A DNA stretch of 64,000 nucleotides from Cytophagales bacterium (lineage in GTDB: Bacteria; Bacteroidota; Bacteroidia; Cytophagales; JAAEPT01), in the NCBI GenBank assembly GCA_965224495.1, contig CBDCZI010000025.1, positions 243,495 through 307,494 on the forward strand. The letters run 5' to 3'. The position numbers and the translations under genes were made by a program. This document shows, in pieces, positions 10,291 through 19,672 of the stretch (positions are counted from its first letter, which is position 1; each line of letters starts with the position of its first letter). The notes under the pieces are model-generated. The model saw only the letters and a program-made list of their open reading frames with translations, had not been told where the DNA came from and made no database searches.

Positions 10291-10321
10291 AGTCGTGAGT
10301 CGTAAGTCGTGAGTCGTAAGT
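10291..10321. repeat. Left arm of 31-nt inverted repeat built from GTCGTRA heptamers
   Basis: AGTCGTGAGTCGTAAGTCGTGAGTCGTAAGT. Pairs with 10852-10882, with two G-U pairs and one mismatch when read as RNA. Confidence 0.85.
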
Positions 10322-10378
10322 TTAAGTTCTATTAAACTTGTCGATTAATGATTTACTTTTACGATGGTTAATTGAGTT

Positions 10379-10732
10379 ATGAATAATTACAAAGACCTTA
10401 AAGTATGGCAAAAATCTATTCGTTTAACTACTGAAGGTTACCGAATAGTGAAAAACATGCCTACCGAAGAGAAGTTTGGATTAATCTCACAAATTACCCG
10501 ATGTACTGTTTCAATTCCCTCTAATATAGCAGAAGGAAGCGGACGAAATTCACCAAAAGAGTTTAGACAATTTTTGGGAATAGCTATGGGGTCTTCATTT
10601 GAACTTGATACTCAATTATTGATAGCCAAAAATATTGGTTATTTAACAGAAGAAAGCTATAACTTATTGACTGCTGAATTAGTCGAAATTCAACGTATGT
10701 TGTCTGGCTTAAAGCGGTCACTAAATATTTAA
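10379..10732 (+). CDS. Four-helix-bundle protein (23S rRNA intervening-sequence protein / Avd-like family)
   Basis: 117 aa. The N-terminal YKDLKVWQKS and IPSNIAEGSGR motifs are characteristic of the PF05635-type family. Confidence 0.85.
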   Translation: MNNYKDLKVWQKSIRLTTEGYRIVKNMPTEEKFGLISQITRCTVSIPSNIAEGSGRNSPKEFRQFLGIAMGSSFELDTQLLIAKNIGYLTEESYNLLTAELVEIQRMLSGLKRSLNI

Positions 10733-10851
10733 TTTCACTGTGAGTAATTAGAAGTGTAAATAAATCTAATTACTCACAACGTTAAAAATGTTAGTCACAA
10801 ACAAGCAAGTTGTAATTATAGTACTCAATAAATTATATGAATTGGGTAACT

Positions 10852-10882
10852 ACTTACGACTTACTACTTACGACTTACGACT
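10852..10882. repeat. Right arm of 31-nt inverted repeat
   Basis: ACTTACGACTTACTACTTACGACTTACGACT. Ends 9 nt before the lpdA ATG. Confidence 0.85.
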
Positions 10883-10891
10883 AGATAAAAT

Positions 10892-12289
10892 ATGTACGAC
10901 GTAACAGTAATCGGATCGGGACCTGGAGGCTATGTAGCCGCTATTAGATGTGCCCAATTAGGATTTAAAACAGCAATCATCGAAAAGTATCCTGCTTTAG
11001 GAGGTACTTGTTTAAATGTAGGGTGTATTCCATCAAAAGCTTTGTTGGATTCATCAGAACACTTTCATAACGCAACACACACGTTTGAAGAACATGGGAT
11101 TAAAATCAACACACCAAAAGTTGATATTAAGAAAATGATCGGACGTAAAAACGGTGTTGTTGATCAAATGAACCAAGGAATTGCGTATTTGATGCAAAAG
11201 AATAAAATTGACGTCCTTGCGGGGGTTGGTTCTTTTATTGATAAAAACACCCTCAAAGTAACTGCACTTGATGGAAAAACACAAGAAGTAAAAACGAAGA
11301 AAACGATTATTGCAACAGGTTCTAAACCGATGTCGATTCCTTCTATTCCTATAGATAAAGATAGAATCATCACTTCTACAGAGGCATTGAACTTAAAAGA
11401 AGTACCTAAACACATGGTCGTAATTGGCGGTGGAGTAATTGGTTTGGAATTAGGTTCTGTTTATGCTCGTTTAGGAACAAAGATTACTGTCGTAGAATAT
11501 GCTGACGCTTTAATTCCTACAATGGACAAAATGTTAGGAAAAGAGATACAAAAAGTACTTAAAAAAGAAGGGTTTGTATTTAATTTCAAAACAAAAGTAA
11601 CAGGCGTAACTTCTGACGGTAAAAAGGTAACTGTAAAAGCAGAAGACGCAAAAGGGAAAGCAATTTCTATTGACGCAGATTACTGTTTAGTTTCTATCGG
11701 TCGTAAAGCTTACACCGCAGGATTGGGACTAGAAAATATTGGTCTAAAAACCAACGACAGAGGACAAGTGGACGTTAACGACCACTTAGAAACAGGCATC
11801 GAAGGTATCTATGCAATTGGTGATGTCGTAAAAGGTCCTATGCTTGCTCACAAAGCGGAGGAAGAAGGTGTTTTTGTTGCTGAAGCAATGGCAGGACAAA
11901 AACCACATATCAATTACAACTTAATCCCAGGTGTAGTTTATACATGGCCAGAAGTTGCAGCTGTTGGACAAACAGAAGAGCAATTGAAAGCAGCAGGTAT
12001 AGCTTATAAATCAGGGTCTTTTCCTTTCAAAGCATCAGGAAGAGCTGTCGCTTCGATGGATACTGACGGACAAGTAAAAGTATTGGCTGATAAGGTTACA
12101 GATGAAATTTTAGGTGTTCATATTATCGGTCCTCGTGCGGCAGATATGATTGGAGAGGCCGTGGTTGCCATGGAATTCAGAGCATCTGCAGAAGACATTA
12201 CACGTATGTCTCATGCCCATCCAACATTCACAGAAGCAATTAAAGAAGCATGTTTGGCTGCAACAGACAAACGCTCGATTAATTTCTAA
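10892..12289 (+). CDS. lpdA: Dihydrolipoyl dehydrogenase (E3)
   Basis: FAD motif GSGPGGY, redox-active disulfide CLNVGCIPSK, NAD motif GGGVIGLE, and the C-terminal HAHPTFTE active-site His-Glu. Confidence 0.95.
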   Translation: MYDVTVIGSGPGGYVAAIRCAQLGFKTAIIEKYPALGGTCLNVGCIPSKALLDSSEHFHNATHTFEEHGIKINTPKVDIKKMIGRKNGVVDQMNQGIAYLMQKNKIDVLAGVGSFIDKNTLKVTALDGKTQEVKTKKTIIATGSKPMSIPSIPIDKDRIITSTEALNLKEVPKHMVVIGGGVIGLELGSVYARLGTKITVVEYADALIPTMDKMLGKEIQKVLKKEGFVFNFKTKVTGVTSDGKKVTVKAEDAKGKAISIDADYCLVSIGRKAYTAGLGLENIGLKTNDRGQVDVNDHLETGIEGIYAIGDVVKGPMLAHKAEEEGVFVAEAMAGQKPHINYNLIPGVVYTWPEVAAVGQTEEQLKAAGIAYKSGSFPFKASGRAVASMDTDGQVKVLADKVTDEILGVHIIGPRAADMIGEAVVAMEFRASAEDITRMSHAHPTFTEAIKEACLAATDKRSINF

Positions 12290-12306
12290 GAGACTTAATA
12301 TTTAAT

Positions 12307-12347
12307 AAAAAAACCACTTTTGACAGTTTGTCGAAAGTGGTTTTTTT
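12307..12347 (+). terminator. Rho-independent (bidirectional) terminator after lpdA
   Basis: AAAAAAACCACTTT...AAAGTGGTTTTTTT stem with flanking A and T tracts. Confidence 0.8.
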
Positions 12348-12371
12348 ATGTTATTGAAATAAAAGCATAAA

Positions 12372-12400
12372 AAAAGCCTCACATTTCTGTGAAGCTTTTG
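12372..12400 (-). terminator. Terminator downstream of tRNA-Val
   Basis: On the minus strand: AAGCTTCAC-AGAAAT-GTGAGGCTT followed by TTTTTTT. Confidence 0.65.
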
Positions 12401-12475
12401 TGGGCCCTGTAGGATTCGAACCTACGACCCCTTGCTTGTAAGGCAAATGCTCTAAACCAACTGAGCTAAGGGCCC
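12401..12475 (-). tRNA. tRNA-Val (anticodon TAC)
   Basis: The reverse complement reads GGGCCCTTAGCTCAGTTGGTTTAGAGCATTTGCCTTACAAGCAAGGGGTCGTAGGTTCGAATCCTACAGGGCCCA. It has a 7-bp acceptor stem, a GTTCGAATC T-loop and anticodon loop CTTACAA. CCA is not encoded. Confidence 0.9.
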
Positions 12476-12651
12476 TTTATTTCCTCTAAAGGAATACAAA
12501 GGTAACAATTTCATTTATTAAGACAAACCATACGACCATTATTTTAAAAGACGCGTAAAATAATTACACTCTTTAGAAAAAAGGATAAGATAAATTTTCA
12601 TCAATTCACTTCAATCGAGTAACTTACACGAAAGTTTTAATTACCGCTTTT

Positions 12652-15600
12652 ATGAAAAAATTAATAAAAGGGCTACTCTATTTTTTAGGTGGAGTGATTG
12701 CCTTACTTCTTTTGGTGACAATATTAGTTCCTGTACTGTTTAAAGACAATATAAAGTTGGCTATTGATGAGCAGTTAAAAAAAGAAGTCAATGCAAACGT
12801 AGTTTATGACTGGGATAAATTTGGACTAACTATTTTTAAGGATTTCCCCAATATTTCTGTAAAAATAGAAGATGTCGGCGTGATTAATTACGCACCTTTC
12901 AAAGGGGATACTTTGGCGATGATAGAAGAATTTGGCGTTACTTTAGACCTCTTTTCGGTTATAGGTGGAGAGCAAATGAAAGTAAACCGTGTGTATTTTG
13001 AAAACCCTACAATTAAAATATTGACGAACAAAGAAGGGGTTGGGAATTATAAGATATTAAATAATACGGGCGAAGATAATGACAGTACAGCTACGAGTGA
13101 GCCTTTAAAGATAAAGTTAGACTATTGGGAAATCACTAACGGTCGGTGGGTGTATGATGACCAACGTACTTCTACAACTGTTGTGTTGAATGGACTCAAT
13201 CACTCAGGGAAAGGGGATATATCAGCCATCTATGATTTAGCTTTGAAAACCTCGGTGGACGACATGAGTGTTTTACTTAATGGAGATAGTTATTATGAAC
13301 ACAGTACATTTGACTCGGGTATTGTTATTAATATTGATTTGGCGAATAATAAATATACATTTAAAGAAAATACATTAAAACTGAATGATTTTGCTTTTGG
13401 CTTTGATGGTTTTGTCCTTAACCGTGAAGAGGAAACGGAGATGTACTTGACCTACAAGGCAAAAGAAACAACATTTAAAAATGTACTGTCGTTAGTTCCA
13501 GGTGTTTTTTTAGAAGGGTTTGAGGATATCGAAACAGCAGGGAAGTTAGGTTTTGGTGGTTATGTAAAAGGAGTCTTGTCTGATACACAAAAACCAGGAT
13601 TTTTATTGAACTTATCGATCAAAGATGCCATGTTCAAATACCCTAATTTACCAACAGCAATCAATAATATTCAATTGGATTTGAAGGTGGACAATGAAGA
13701 TGCTAATATGGATGTAATCGCTGTTGAGTTGAAGAAACTACACATGGATTTAGGTTCTAACCCTGTAGATCTGAATTTGGTGATGGACGTATTGAAATCG
13801 GAAGATTTTGATATTAAAGATGCAAACTTAAAAGCTGATGTGAAGTTGAGCGAAGTCACTTCTTTTTATCCAATCAAAGATATTAATATGAAAGGGTTGT
13901 TGGCGATAGATTTACATGCAAAGGGAGTTTATAGCGGTAATAAAGAGTTGTTGCCTACTGTTTTTGGTGATTTGAAACTGACAAAGGGTTGGGTGAAATC
14001 GACAAAATACAAAGTGACGGCAGAAAACATACTGTGTGATGCTTGGGTTAATTACACACAGAAGTCTTCGCCGACAGATACTATTTTAAAAGTTAAACAT
14101 TTGGGTGCGTCGATTGATGGAGAGCGTTTTCAATCAAAATTAGCTATTTGGAACCGTGATGATATTTCGTGGGATGTAGCGATTAAAGGTCTGGTGGATT
14201 TGGATAAGGTGATGAAACTTGCACCTATCGAAGGAACTACATTAAAAGGAAAAATAAAAGTGGACAACCTACGGTCAAGAGGACGTATGAGTGATTTGGA
14301 TGCAGGGAATTATACGGCATTGAAAACGTATGGGAAAGCGACAATTACTAATTTTGAGTACGTCGAAAAAGAAGTTTTACCACAAGGGGTGAAAATCACA
14401 CAGTCTCGATTTGAAATTAATCCAAAAACGATTGATTTAAAATCATTTAATGGTTTCTTAGGAAAGAGTGATATGAGATTGAATGGTCAGCTTTCGAATT
14501 ACATGGCTTATGTCAATGATGTTATCAAAGGAAGAACAACAGCTAAAGGGGTGTTGAAAGGTAACTTGACTTATTATTCTAAACTGTTTCATACCGACGA
14601 ATGGATGTCAGAGGAAGAAACGGCGGAAGGAAGTACAACAACCAAAGGAAGCTTTGAAGACAACGCGATTCCTAAAAATATCCACTTTGTAATGGATGCT
14701 AAAATAGATAAAATCCTTTACGAGAATGCTGATATGACAGACGCTTCGGGAAAATTAGTTATCAAAAATGGTATTGTCGATATGAAGAACTTGAAAATGG
14801 TTATTTTAGGAGGGAACTTTGTGTTAAATGGACAATACAATACGTCTGTGCCAACAAAACCAACTTTCGATTTCACCATGGACATTGATAAACTGTCTTT
14901 TCAAGATTCTTACAATGCGTTTAGTACAGTAAGAAGTATCGCTCCGATAGCAAAAAATATTGAGGGTGATTTTTCTACAAAATTAAAAGTAAGTGGACCT
15001 ATTGGTCTTGATTTATTACCCGTTTTAGGTCAGATTAATGGTTTAGGCGATTTCTTTGTTGAGAACGCAAAAGTACAAGGCTTTGGCTTACTTAGTCGAG
15101 TAGCACAAGTAACTAATTTTTCTAATATAGGAGGGAGTAAGGCTGAATCAAACAACCTGACCCTACAAAATGCTTTGTTAACTGCAAAAATAGAAGACGG
15201 TAAAGTGATTTTCAAACCATTTACCTCTACCTCAGGGAAATCAAATATAACTATCGGAGGAAGTAGAAGTTTAGATGGTATACTTGATTTGGATATGTCA
15301 TTTGATATGCCAATGGGAGCTATCGGTAACTCTGCAAAAAATGTATTAGCAGGTTTTGGGTTAAATGATGTTGTAGGAGATAGAGTCACTGTACCCCTGA
15401 AAATTACAGGAAGTGAGAACAAACCCAAAATAGAAATCCTAGGAGCAAAATCGACAGGAGGACAAACAACAATCAAAGATGCCGTAGTCACAAAAGCAAA
15501 AGACGAGGCAAAAGTAGAAATAGACAAAGTAAAAGAAGCTGAAAAGGCTAAAATATTAGCCGAAGCACAAAAACAGGGCGATAAGCTAAGAATGGAATCA

Positions 15601-15816
15601 TACAAAGTCGCCAAGCAAATAAAAGACGAAGCAAACAAGCAAGCACAACACCTCGAAGACCAAGCCAAAAACCCTTGGGATAAACCTTTTGCCAAATTAG
15701 CAGGAGACAAAGTAAGAGCCGAAGGTGTGAAAAGAGCCAATCAAGTCACTGCTCAAGCCAACAAAAAGGCAGATTTATTGATGGCAGAAGCACACAAAAA
15801 GATTGACAAACTTTAA
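12652..15816 (+). CDS. AsmA-family outer-membrane biogenesis protein
   Basis: 1054 aa. One N-terminal TM anchor, then a long beta-rich periplasmic region typical of AsmA/TamB-like proteins, then a Lys/Ala/Glu-rich helical tail. Confidence 0.7.
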   Translation: MKKLIKGLLYFLGGVIALLLLVTILVPVLFKDNIKLAIDEQLKKEVNANVVYDWDKFGLTIFKDFPNISVKIEDVGVINYAPFKGDTLAMIEEFGVTLDLFSVIGGEQMKVNRVYFENPTIKILTNKEGVGNYKILNNTGEDNDSTATSEPLKIKLDYWEITNGRWVYDDQRTSTTVVLNGLNHSGKGDISAIYDLALKTSVDDMSVLLNGDSYYEHSTFDSGIVINIDLANNKYTFKENTLKLNDFAFGFDGFVLNREEETEMYLTYKAKETTFKNVLSLVPGVFLEGFEDIETAGKLGFGGYVKGVLSDTQKPGFLLNLSIKDAMFKYPNLPTAINNIQLDLKVDNEDANMDVIAVELKKLHMDLGSNPVDLNLVMDVLKSEDFDIKDANLKADVKLSEVTSFYPIKDINMKGLLAIDLHAKGVYSGNKELLPTVFGDLKLTKGWVKSTKYKVTAENILCDAWVNYTQKSSPTDTILKVKHLGASIDGERFQSKLAIWNRDDISWDVAIKGLVDLDKVMKLAPIEGTTLKGKIKVDNLRSRGRMSDLDAGNYTALKTYGKATITNFEYVEKEVLPQGVKITQSRFEINPKTIDLKSFNGFLGKSDMRLNGQLSNYMAYVNDVIKGRTTAKGVLKGNLTYYSKLFHTDEWMSEEETAEGSTTTKGSFEDNAIPKNIHFVMDAKIDKILYENADMTDASGKLVIKNGIVDMKNLKMVILGGNFVLNGQYNTSVPTKPTFDFTMDIDKLSFQDSYNAFSTVRSIAPIAKNIEGDFSTKLKVSGPIGLDLLPVLGQINGLGDFFVENAKVQGFGLLSRVAQVTNFSNIGGSKAESNNLTLQNALLTAKIEDGKVIFKPFTSTSGKSNITIGGSRSLDGILDLDMSFDMPMGAIGNSAKNVLAGFGLNDVVGDRVTVPLKITGSENKPKIEILGAKSTGGQTTIKDAVVTKAKDEAKVEIDKVKEAEKAKILAEAQKQGDKLRMESYKVAKQIKDEANKQAQHLEDQAKNPWDKPFAKLAGDKVRAEGVKRANQVTAQANKKADLLMAEAHKKIDKL

Positions 15817-15839
15817 GAGAATCCAAACAATTTTACAGA

Positions 15840-15872
15840 CAGCTAGTAGAGAAACCTACAAGCTGTTTTTTT
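15840..15872 (+). terminator. Rho-independent terminator after the AsmA-family gene
   Basis: CAGCTAGTAG-AGAAAC-CTACAAGCTG followed by TTTTTTT. Confidence 0.7.
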
Positions 15873-15903
15873 ATTCAGCTTTTATGCAGAACTTTGTAGT
15901 ACG

Positions 15904-16944
15904 ATGAGCGAAGAATTAGAAAACGAGATAAACGAAAACGAGGAGGAGAACGGATTGTTTGAGCACCACCGTATTGTGGCAGACCCAAAACAAGATTTAT
16001 TGAGAGTAGATAAATTTTTGATGGCACGTTTGCCCAACGTAACGAGAAATAAATTACAAACAGCAATCAAAGACGAGTTTGTAAAAGTCAATGGAAAGGC
16101 GATTAAATCGAATTACAAAGTGCATCCAGGCGATGAAGTAACCGTTCATTTGACAACACCCCCTCGCAACGAAGGTGTCGTTCCAGAAGAGATGGACTTG
16201 AACATTGTTTATGAAGATGACGATTTATTGGTTGTTCATAAACCCGCAGGTATGGTTGTTCATCCTGCCTATAACAATTGGTCAGGAACATTGGTTAATG
16301 GATTAGTTCATTACCTAAACAACCTTCCTACCTCTCGCAATGGAGAGATTAGACCAGGGCTAATTCATCGTATAGATAAAGACACTTCGGGACTTTTGGT
16401 CGTTGCTAAGACTGAGATAGCGATGAACAGTTTGGCAAAACAATTCTACGATCATAGTGTTGAGCGTACCTATTATGCGTTGGTTTGGGGCGACCTAAAA
16501 CACGAAGAAGGAACGATTACAGGTCACGTAGGACGAAGTTTGAAAAACAGAAAAGTAATGACCGTTTTCCCTGATGGAGAATACGGAAAACACGCCGTAA
16601 CACATTATAAAGTATTGCGTCGTTTTCATTATGTGACGCTTATTCAGTGTAACTTGGAGACAGGACGAACACACCAAATTCGTGCACACATGAAAGATTT
16701 GGGACATCCTTTGTTTAACGATTCGACTTATGGAGGAGACCGAATTTTGAAAGGAGAGGTTTATACCAAATACAAGAAATTTGTAGAAAACACCTTTAAG
16801 GTCTTGCCACGTCAAGCCTTACACGCTAAGACTTTAGGTTTCATTCATCCAACAACAAATGAGCACGTTCAGTTTGATACCGAGTTGCCAGACGATATCA
16901 AAGAAGCATTAGAGCGTTGGGAAAACTATACACAGCATCATTAA
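15904..16944 (+). CDS. rluD: 23S rRNA pseudouridine synthase, RluA/RluD family
   Basis: S4 RNA-binding domain at the N-terminus. Catalytic motif HRIDKDTSGLLVVAK, and the QIRAH motif. Confidence 0.9.
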   Translation: MSEELENEINENEEENGLFEHHRIVADPKQDLLRVDKFLMARLPNVTRNKLQTAIKDEFVKVNGKAIKSNYKVHPGDEVTVHLTTPPRNEGVVPEEMDLNIVYEDDDLLVVHKPAGMVVHPAYNNWSGTLVNGLVHYLNNLPTSRNGEIRPGLIHRIDKDTSGLLVVAKTEIAMNSLAKQFYDHSVERTYYALVWGDLKHEEGTITGHVGRSLKNRKVMTVFPDGEYGKHAVTHYKVLRRFHYVTLIQCNLETGRTHQIRAHMKDLGHPLFNDSTYGGDRILKGEVYTKYKKFVENTFKVLPRQALHAKTLGFIHPTTNEHVQFDTELPDDIKEALERWENYTQHH

Positions 16945-16962
16945 ACATAGTTTTAATGACAA

Positions 16963-16998
16963 GAAACGTCTGTGAGTCTATCTTACAGACGTTTTTTT
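16963..16998 (+). terminator. Rho-independent terminator after rluD
   Basis: GAAACGTCTGT...ACAGACGTTT followed by a T-tract. Confidence 0.8.
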
Positions 16999-17016
16999 AT
17001 GTCGAAAATATAGAAG

Positions 17017-17179
17017 TTGGAGCATCCCCTCTGTGATGAAATGATTTTTCGGTGTAGGTTAGTAAAAGAAGCGATAGAAATGAAAATAACCGATAAAAAT
17101 AACGGAGGGTCGGGCTTACGGCTATATCTTTTTAGGGCAGAAAAAGCCCTAAAAAGGATACCGCCTTTATCCCTATGCC
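17017..17179 (+). repeat. Dispersed structured intergenic element, copy A (candidate ncRNA or MITE-like repeat)
   Basis: Shares blocks TTGGAGCATCCCC / GGGTCGGGCTT / ATCTTT..AAAGGAT hairpin / ATCCCTATGCC with copies at 25131-25368(-), 37655-37826(-), 45648-45803(+) and 52881-53041(+). Confidence 0.8.
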
Positions 17180-17371
17180 AAAAGAATACAGTGTGCATTG
17201 TGTTGAGTGCCTAATTTTGTTTGTCGTCTAAGTGTTTCGTGCTATCCAAAACGAGCGAGGGCGATAGTCGAATCCAATAAACAGAACATATTACCCTACC
17301 AAATTCTTTTCTTTTGACTAATAGCACAAAAAAGATACGTCTAAACCATCTATAATAGAAATCCCACGAAC

Positions 17372-17387
17372 TACTTTTGTATCTTTG
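17372..17387 (+). promoter_or_regulatory. Two tandem TAnnTTTG boxes upstream of the ABC exporter gene
   Basis: TACTTTTG followed by TATCTTTG, 19-34 nt upstream of the TTG start at 17406. Confidence 0.3.
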
Positions 17388-17405
17388 TAAAATAAAACGA
17401 AGTAG

Positions 17406-19193
17406 TTGCAAAAAAAAGACACAAATACCGTAGAAAAAGGCAATCAATTTGATTGGAAAGTCGTCAAACGCTTGTTTCAGTTTATTGGTGTGTATAAACC
17501 CTATTTTTATGTCTTGTGCGTCACTATTTTTACACTGTCAATCATCTCTCCCTTTACAGCTTTATTAACGATTAAAGCGATAAATGGACCAATAAAAAGT
17601 CACGACTTACTCGGATTGCGTAATATATTACTTCTTATGTTAGGGGTATTATTAACCCAAAGTTTGTTGCAATTTATCAATACGTATTTATCGAGCTGGC
17701 TGGGGCAACACATTATTAAAGATTTACGAATAAAGCTTTACCGTCATCTATCATCTTTTAAAGTTTCTTACTACGACGAAACACCTGTCGGACGTTTAGT
17801 TACACGAAACGTAAGTGATATTGAAACCATTGCCGATGTATTTAGTCAAGGCATAGCTGCAATGTTAGCAGATGTATTGATGTTACTGTTCATTATGACT
17901 TATATGTTTTATATCAATGTCCGCCTGACATTTGTGAGTTTAGCTGCTATTCCATTTTTGTTTTATGCAACGTATCTATTCAAAGAAAAAATAAAACATT
18001 CGTTTGATAATGTACGCTCTGCCGTGGCTAACCTCAATACTTATGTCAACGAACACCTAACAGGAATGTTGGTTGTACAGGTTTTCAATAAAGAGAAACG
18101 TGTGTTAGATGAGTTTAGAGTAATCAATAAAGAACACCGTAGTGCCTTATTAAATACCGTCAAATATTACAGTATTTATTTTCCCGTGGCAGAAGTTATT
18201 GCAGCCGTAGGTATCGGTTTTTTAGTTTGGTTTGCAGGAAGAGAGACTTTATTGGGTAAGCTCAGTGATGAAGGTGAAGTAATAGGATTTATTATGCTGA
18301 TAGGTATGTTTTTTCGTCCTTTACGATTGATAGCTGACCGTTTCAATCAACTGCAATTAGGAATAGTAAGTACTTCTCGTATCATCAAATTATTAGACGA
18401 AGACCACTCGATACAAGATGACGGCACAACATTAATTAAAAACTTAAAAGGAAAGATAGAATTTAAAAAAGTTGGCTTTTCTTACAACGAAAACGAGCCG
18501 ATAGTTAAAGATGTCTCTTTTAAAATCAAGGAAGGCGAAATGGTGGCTATTGTGGGAGCAACAGGAGCAGGAAAAACAACGTTGGTCAATTTACTGAACC
18601 GCTTTTATGATTTCACTTCAGGAGATATTACCTTAGACGACATTTCGATTAAAGAAATGCCCATCGCAGATTTGCGAAAAGCAATTGGTATCGTACAGCA
18701 AGACGTGTTTTTGTTTACCGATACGGTATATGAAAACATTGTATTAGGAGATTCTTCTATTACAAAAGAAGAAGTTTGGAAAACGATAGACCTCGTCGGG
18801 GGTACGGCGTTTATCAAACAGTTACCCGAAGGTTTAGATTACAAGATTCAAGAACGAGGTGGCAACTTATCTGTTGGGCAAAGGCAATTATTGTCTTTTG
18901 TAAGAGCAATGGTGCACAACCCTAAAATTTTAGTCTTAGACGAAGCAACCTCTTCTGTGGATAGTAAAACGGAGAATTTGATACAACACGCCATAGAAAA
19001 GATGATGATAAACCGTACGTCTTTGGTTATCGCTCACCGTTTATCGACTATAGAAAAAGCAGATAGAATTATTGTTTTGGATAAAGGCGTAGTCGTCGAG
19101 CAAGGCAGTCACCAAAAGTTAATTGCACAAGGAGGGTATTACAAAAACCTACACCAAATGCAGTTTGCAGACACACAAAGTGAAAACGAATGA
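17406..19193 (+). CDS. ABC transporter, fused permease/ATPase (MsbA-like exporter)
   Basis: Six-TM type-I exporter domain. Walker A GATGAGKTT, signature LSVGQRQ, Walker B ILVLDEATS. There is no in-frame ATG near the N-terminus, so a TTG start is inferred. Confidence 0.9.
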   Translation: MQKKDTNTVEKGNQFDWKVVKRLFQFIGVYKPYFYVLCVTIFTLSIISPFTALLTIKAINGPIKSHDLLGLRNILLLMLGVLLTQSLLQFINTYLSSWLGQHIIKDLRIKLYRHLSSFKVSYYDETPVGRLVTRNVSDIETIADVFSQGIAAMLADVLMLLFIMTYMFYINVRLTFVSLAAIPFLFYATYLFKEKIKHSFDNVRSAVANLNTYVNEHLTGMLVVQVFNKEKRVLDEFRVINKEHRSALLNTVKYYSIYFPVAEVIAAVGIGFLVWFAGRETLLGKLSDEGEVIGFIMLIGMFFRPLRLIADRFNQLQLGIVSTSRIIKLLDEDHSIQDDGTTLIKNLKGKIEFKKVGFSYNENEPIVKDVSFKIKEGEMVAIVGATGAGKTTLVNLLNRFYDFTSGDITLDDISIKEMPIADLRKAIGIVQQDVFLFTDTVYENIVLGDSSITKEEVWKTIDLVGGTAFIKQLPEGLDYKIQERGGNLSVGQRQLLSFVRAMVHNPKILVLDEATSSVDSKTENLIQHAIEKMMINRTSLVIAHRLSTIEKADRIIVLDKGVVVEQGSHQKLIAQGGYYKNLHQMQFADTQSENE

Positions 19194-19648
19194 AAGTAAA
19201 AAGTAGCTTTATTATTTTAGTGTTGTTGTTTTCATTGAAAAGTTTTGGTCAAGACAATGGTATAGGTGTTCGAGCGGTAAATATTCCTGACATTGTTGGT
19301 TTGGGTGTAACGTATAAACACATGTTACACGGTCGTATGTCTTATGAAATAACGGCAGGTTCAAACTTAACTACCGATGTAGGATTTGTGAAAGCAGATT
19401 TTAATTTTGTGCAACGTCCGATTTCTATTCAAGGCCTGGATTGGTATTCGGGAATTGGCGTACAAAGTTGGCTGACAAAAAACACAGTAAAAGCAGGTCC
19501 TGAATTTACTTTGGGACTTGATTGGGATACCGTTTCACTGCCTATTGGACTCTTTTTAGACGGTTCGTTTTTTGTGCCATTGGCTCGAAACACGGCAGTA
19601 CGTCCTGTGTGGCAAATTGGCGGAGGTGTACGGTTTCTATTTGAATAA
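19190..19648 (+). CDS. Small secreted beta-rich protein, possible outer-membrane beta-barrel
   Basis: 152 aa with a signal peptide, alternating hydrophobic pattern and an aromatic C-terminus (VRFLFE). ATGA overlap with the ABC gene stop. Confidence 0.45.
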   Translation: MKVKSSFIILVLLFSLKSFGQDNGIGVRAVNIPDIVGLGVTYKHMLHGRMSYEITAGSNLTTDVGFVKADFNFVQRPISIQGLDWYSGIGVQSWLTKNTVKAGPEFTLGLDWDTVSLPIGLFLDGSFFVPLARNTAVRPVWQIGGGVRFLFE

Positions 19649-19672
19649 GCAAGAATAATAAAACAGAAGATT

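Noticed and set aside
10291-10321. The tandem GTCGTGA/GTCGTAA heptamers as a possible CRISPR or satellite array, and the Avd-like gene as part of a diversity-generating retroelement.
   Set aside because: There are only about 4 contiguous heptamers with no spacers. They are explained as one arm of an inverted repeat. No reverse transcriptase or TR/VR pair is present in the window.
15030-15740. 236-aa antisense ORF within the AsmA-family gene.
   Set aside because: It is fully embedded opposite a well-supported long ORF. Its Ser/Leu/Phe-rich composition reflects the reverse complement of the Lys/Ala/Glu-rich tail.
17030-17120. Hammerhead-like fragments (GATGAA ... GATAGAAA ... GTC) inside the dispersed element.
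   Set aside because: The CUGAUGA core is not conserved among copies (GTGATGAA, GTAATGAA, TCGATGAA), and the required stem arrangement could not be drawn.
16983-17447. Track ORFs 16983-17198(-), 17017-17214(+) and 17211-17447(-) between rluD and the ABC gene.
   Set aside because: They overlap one another and copy A of the dispersed repeat. The other repeat copies do not preserve any of these reading frames, so the conservation is at the nucleotide and structure level, not coding.
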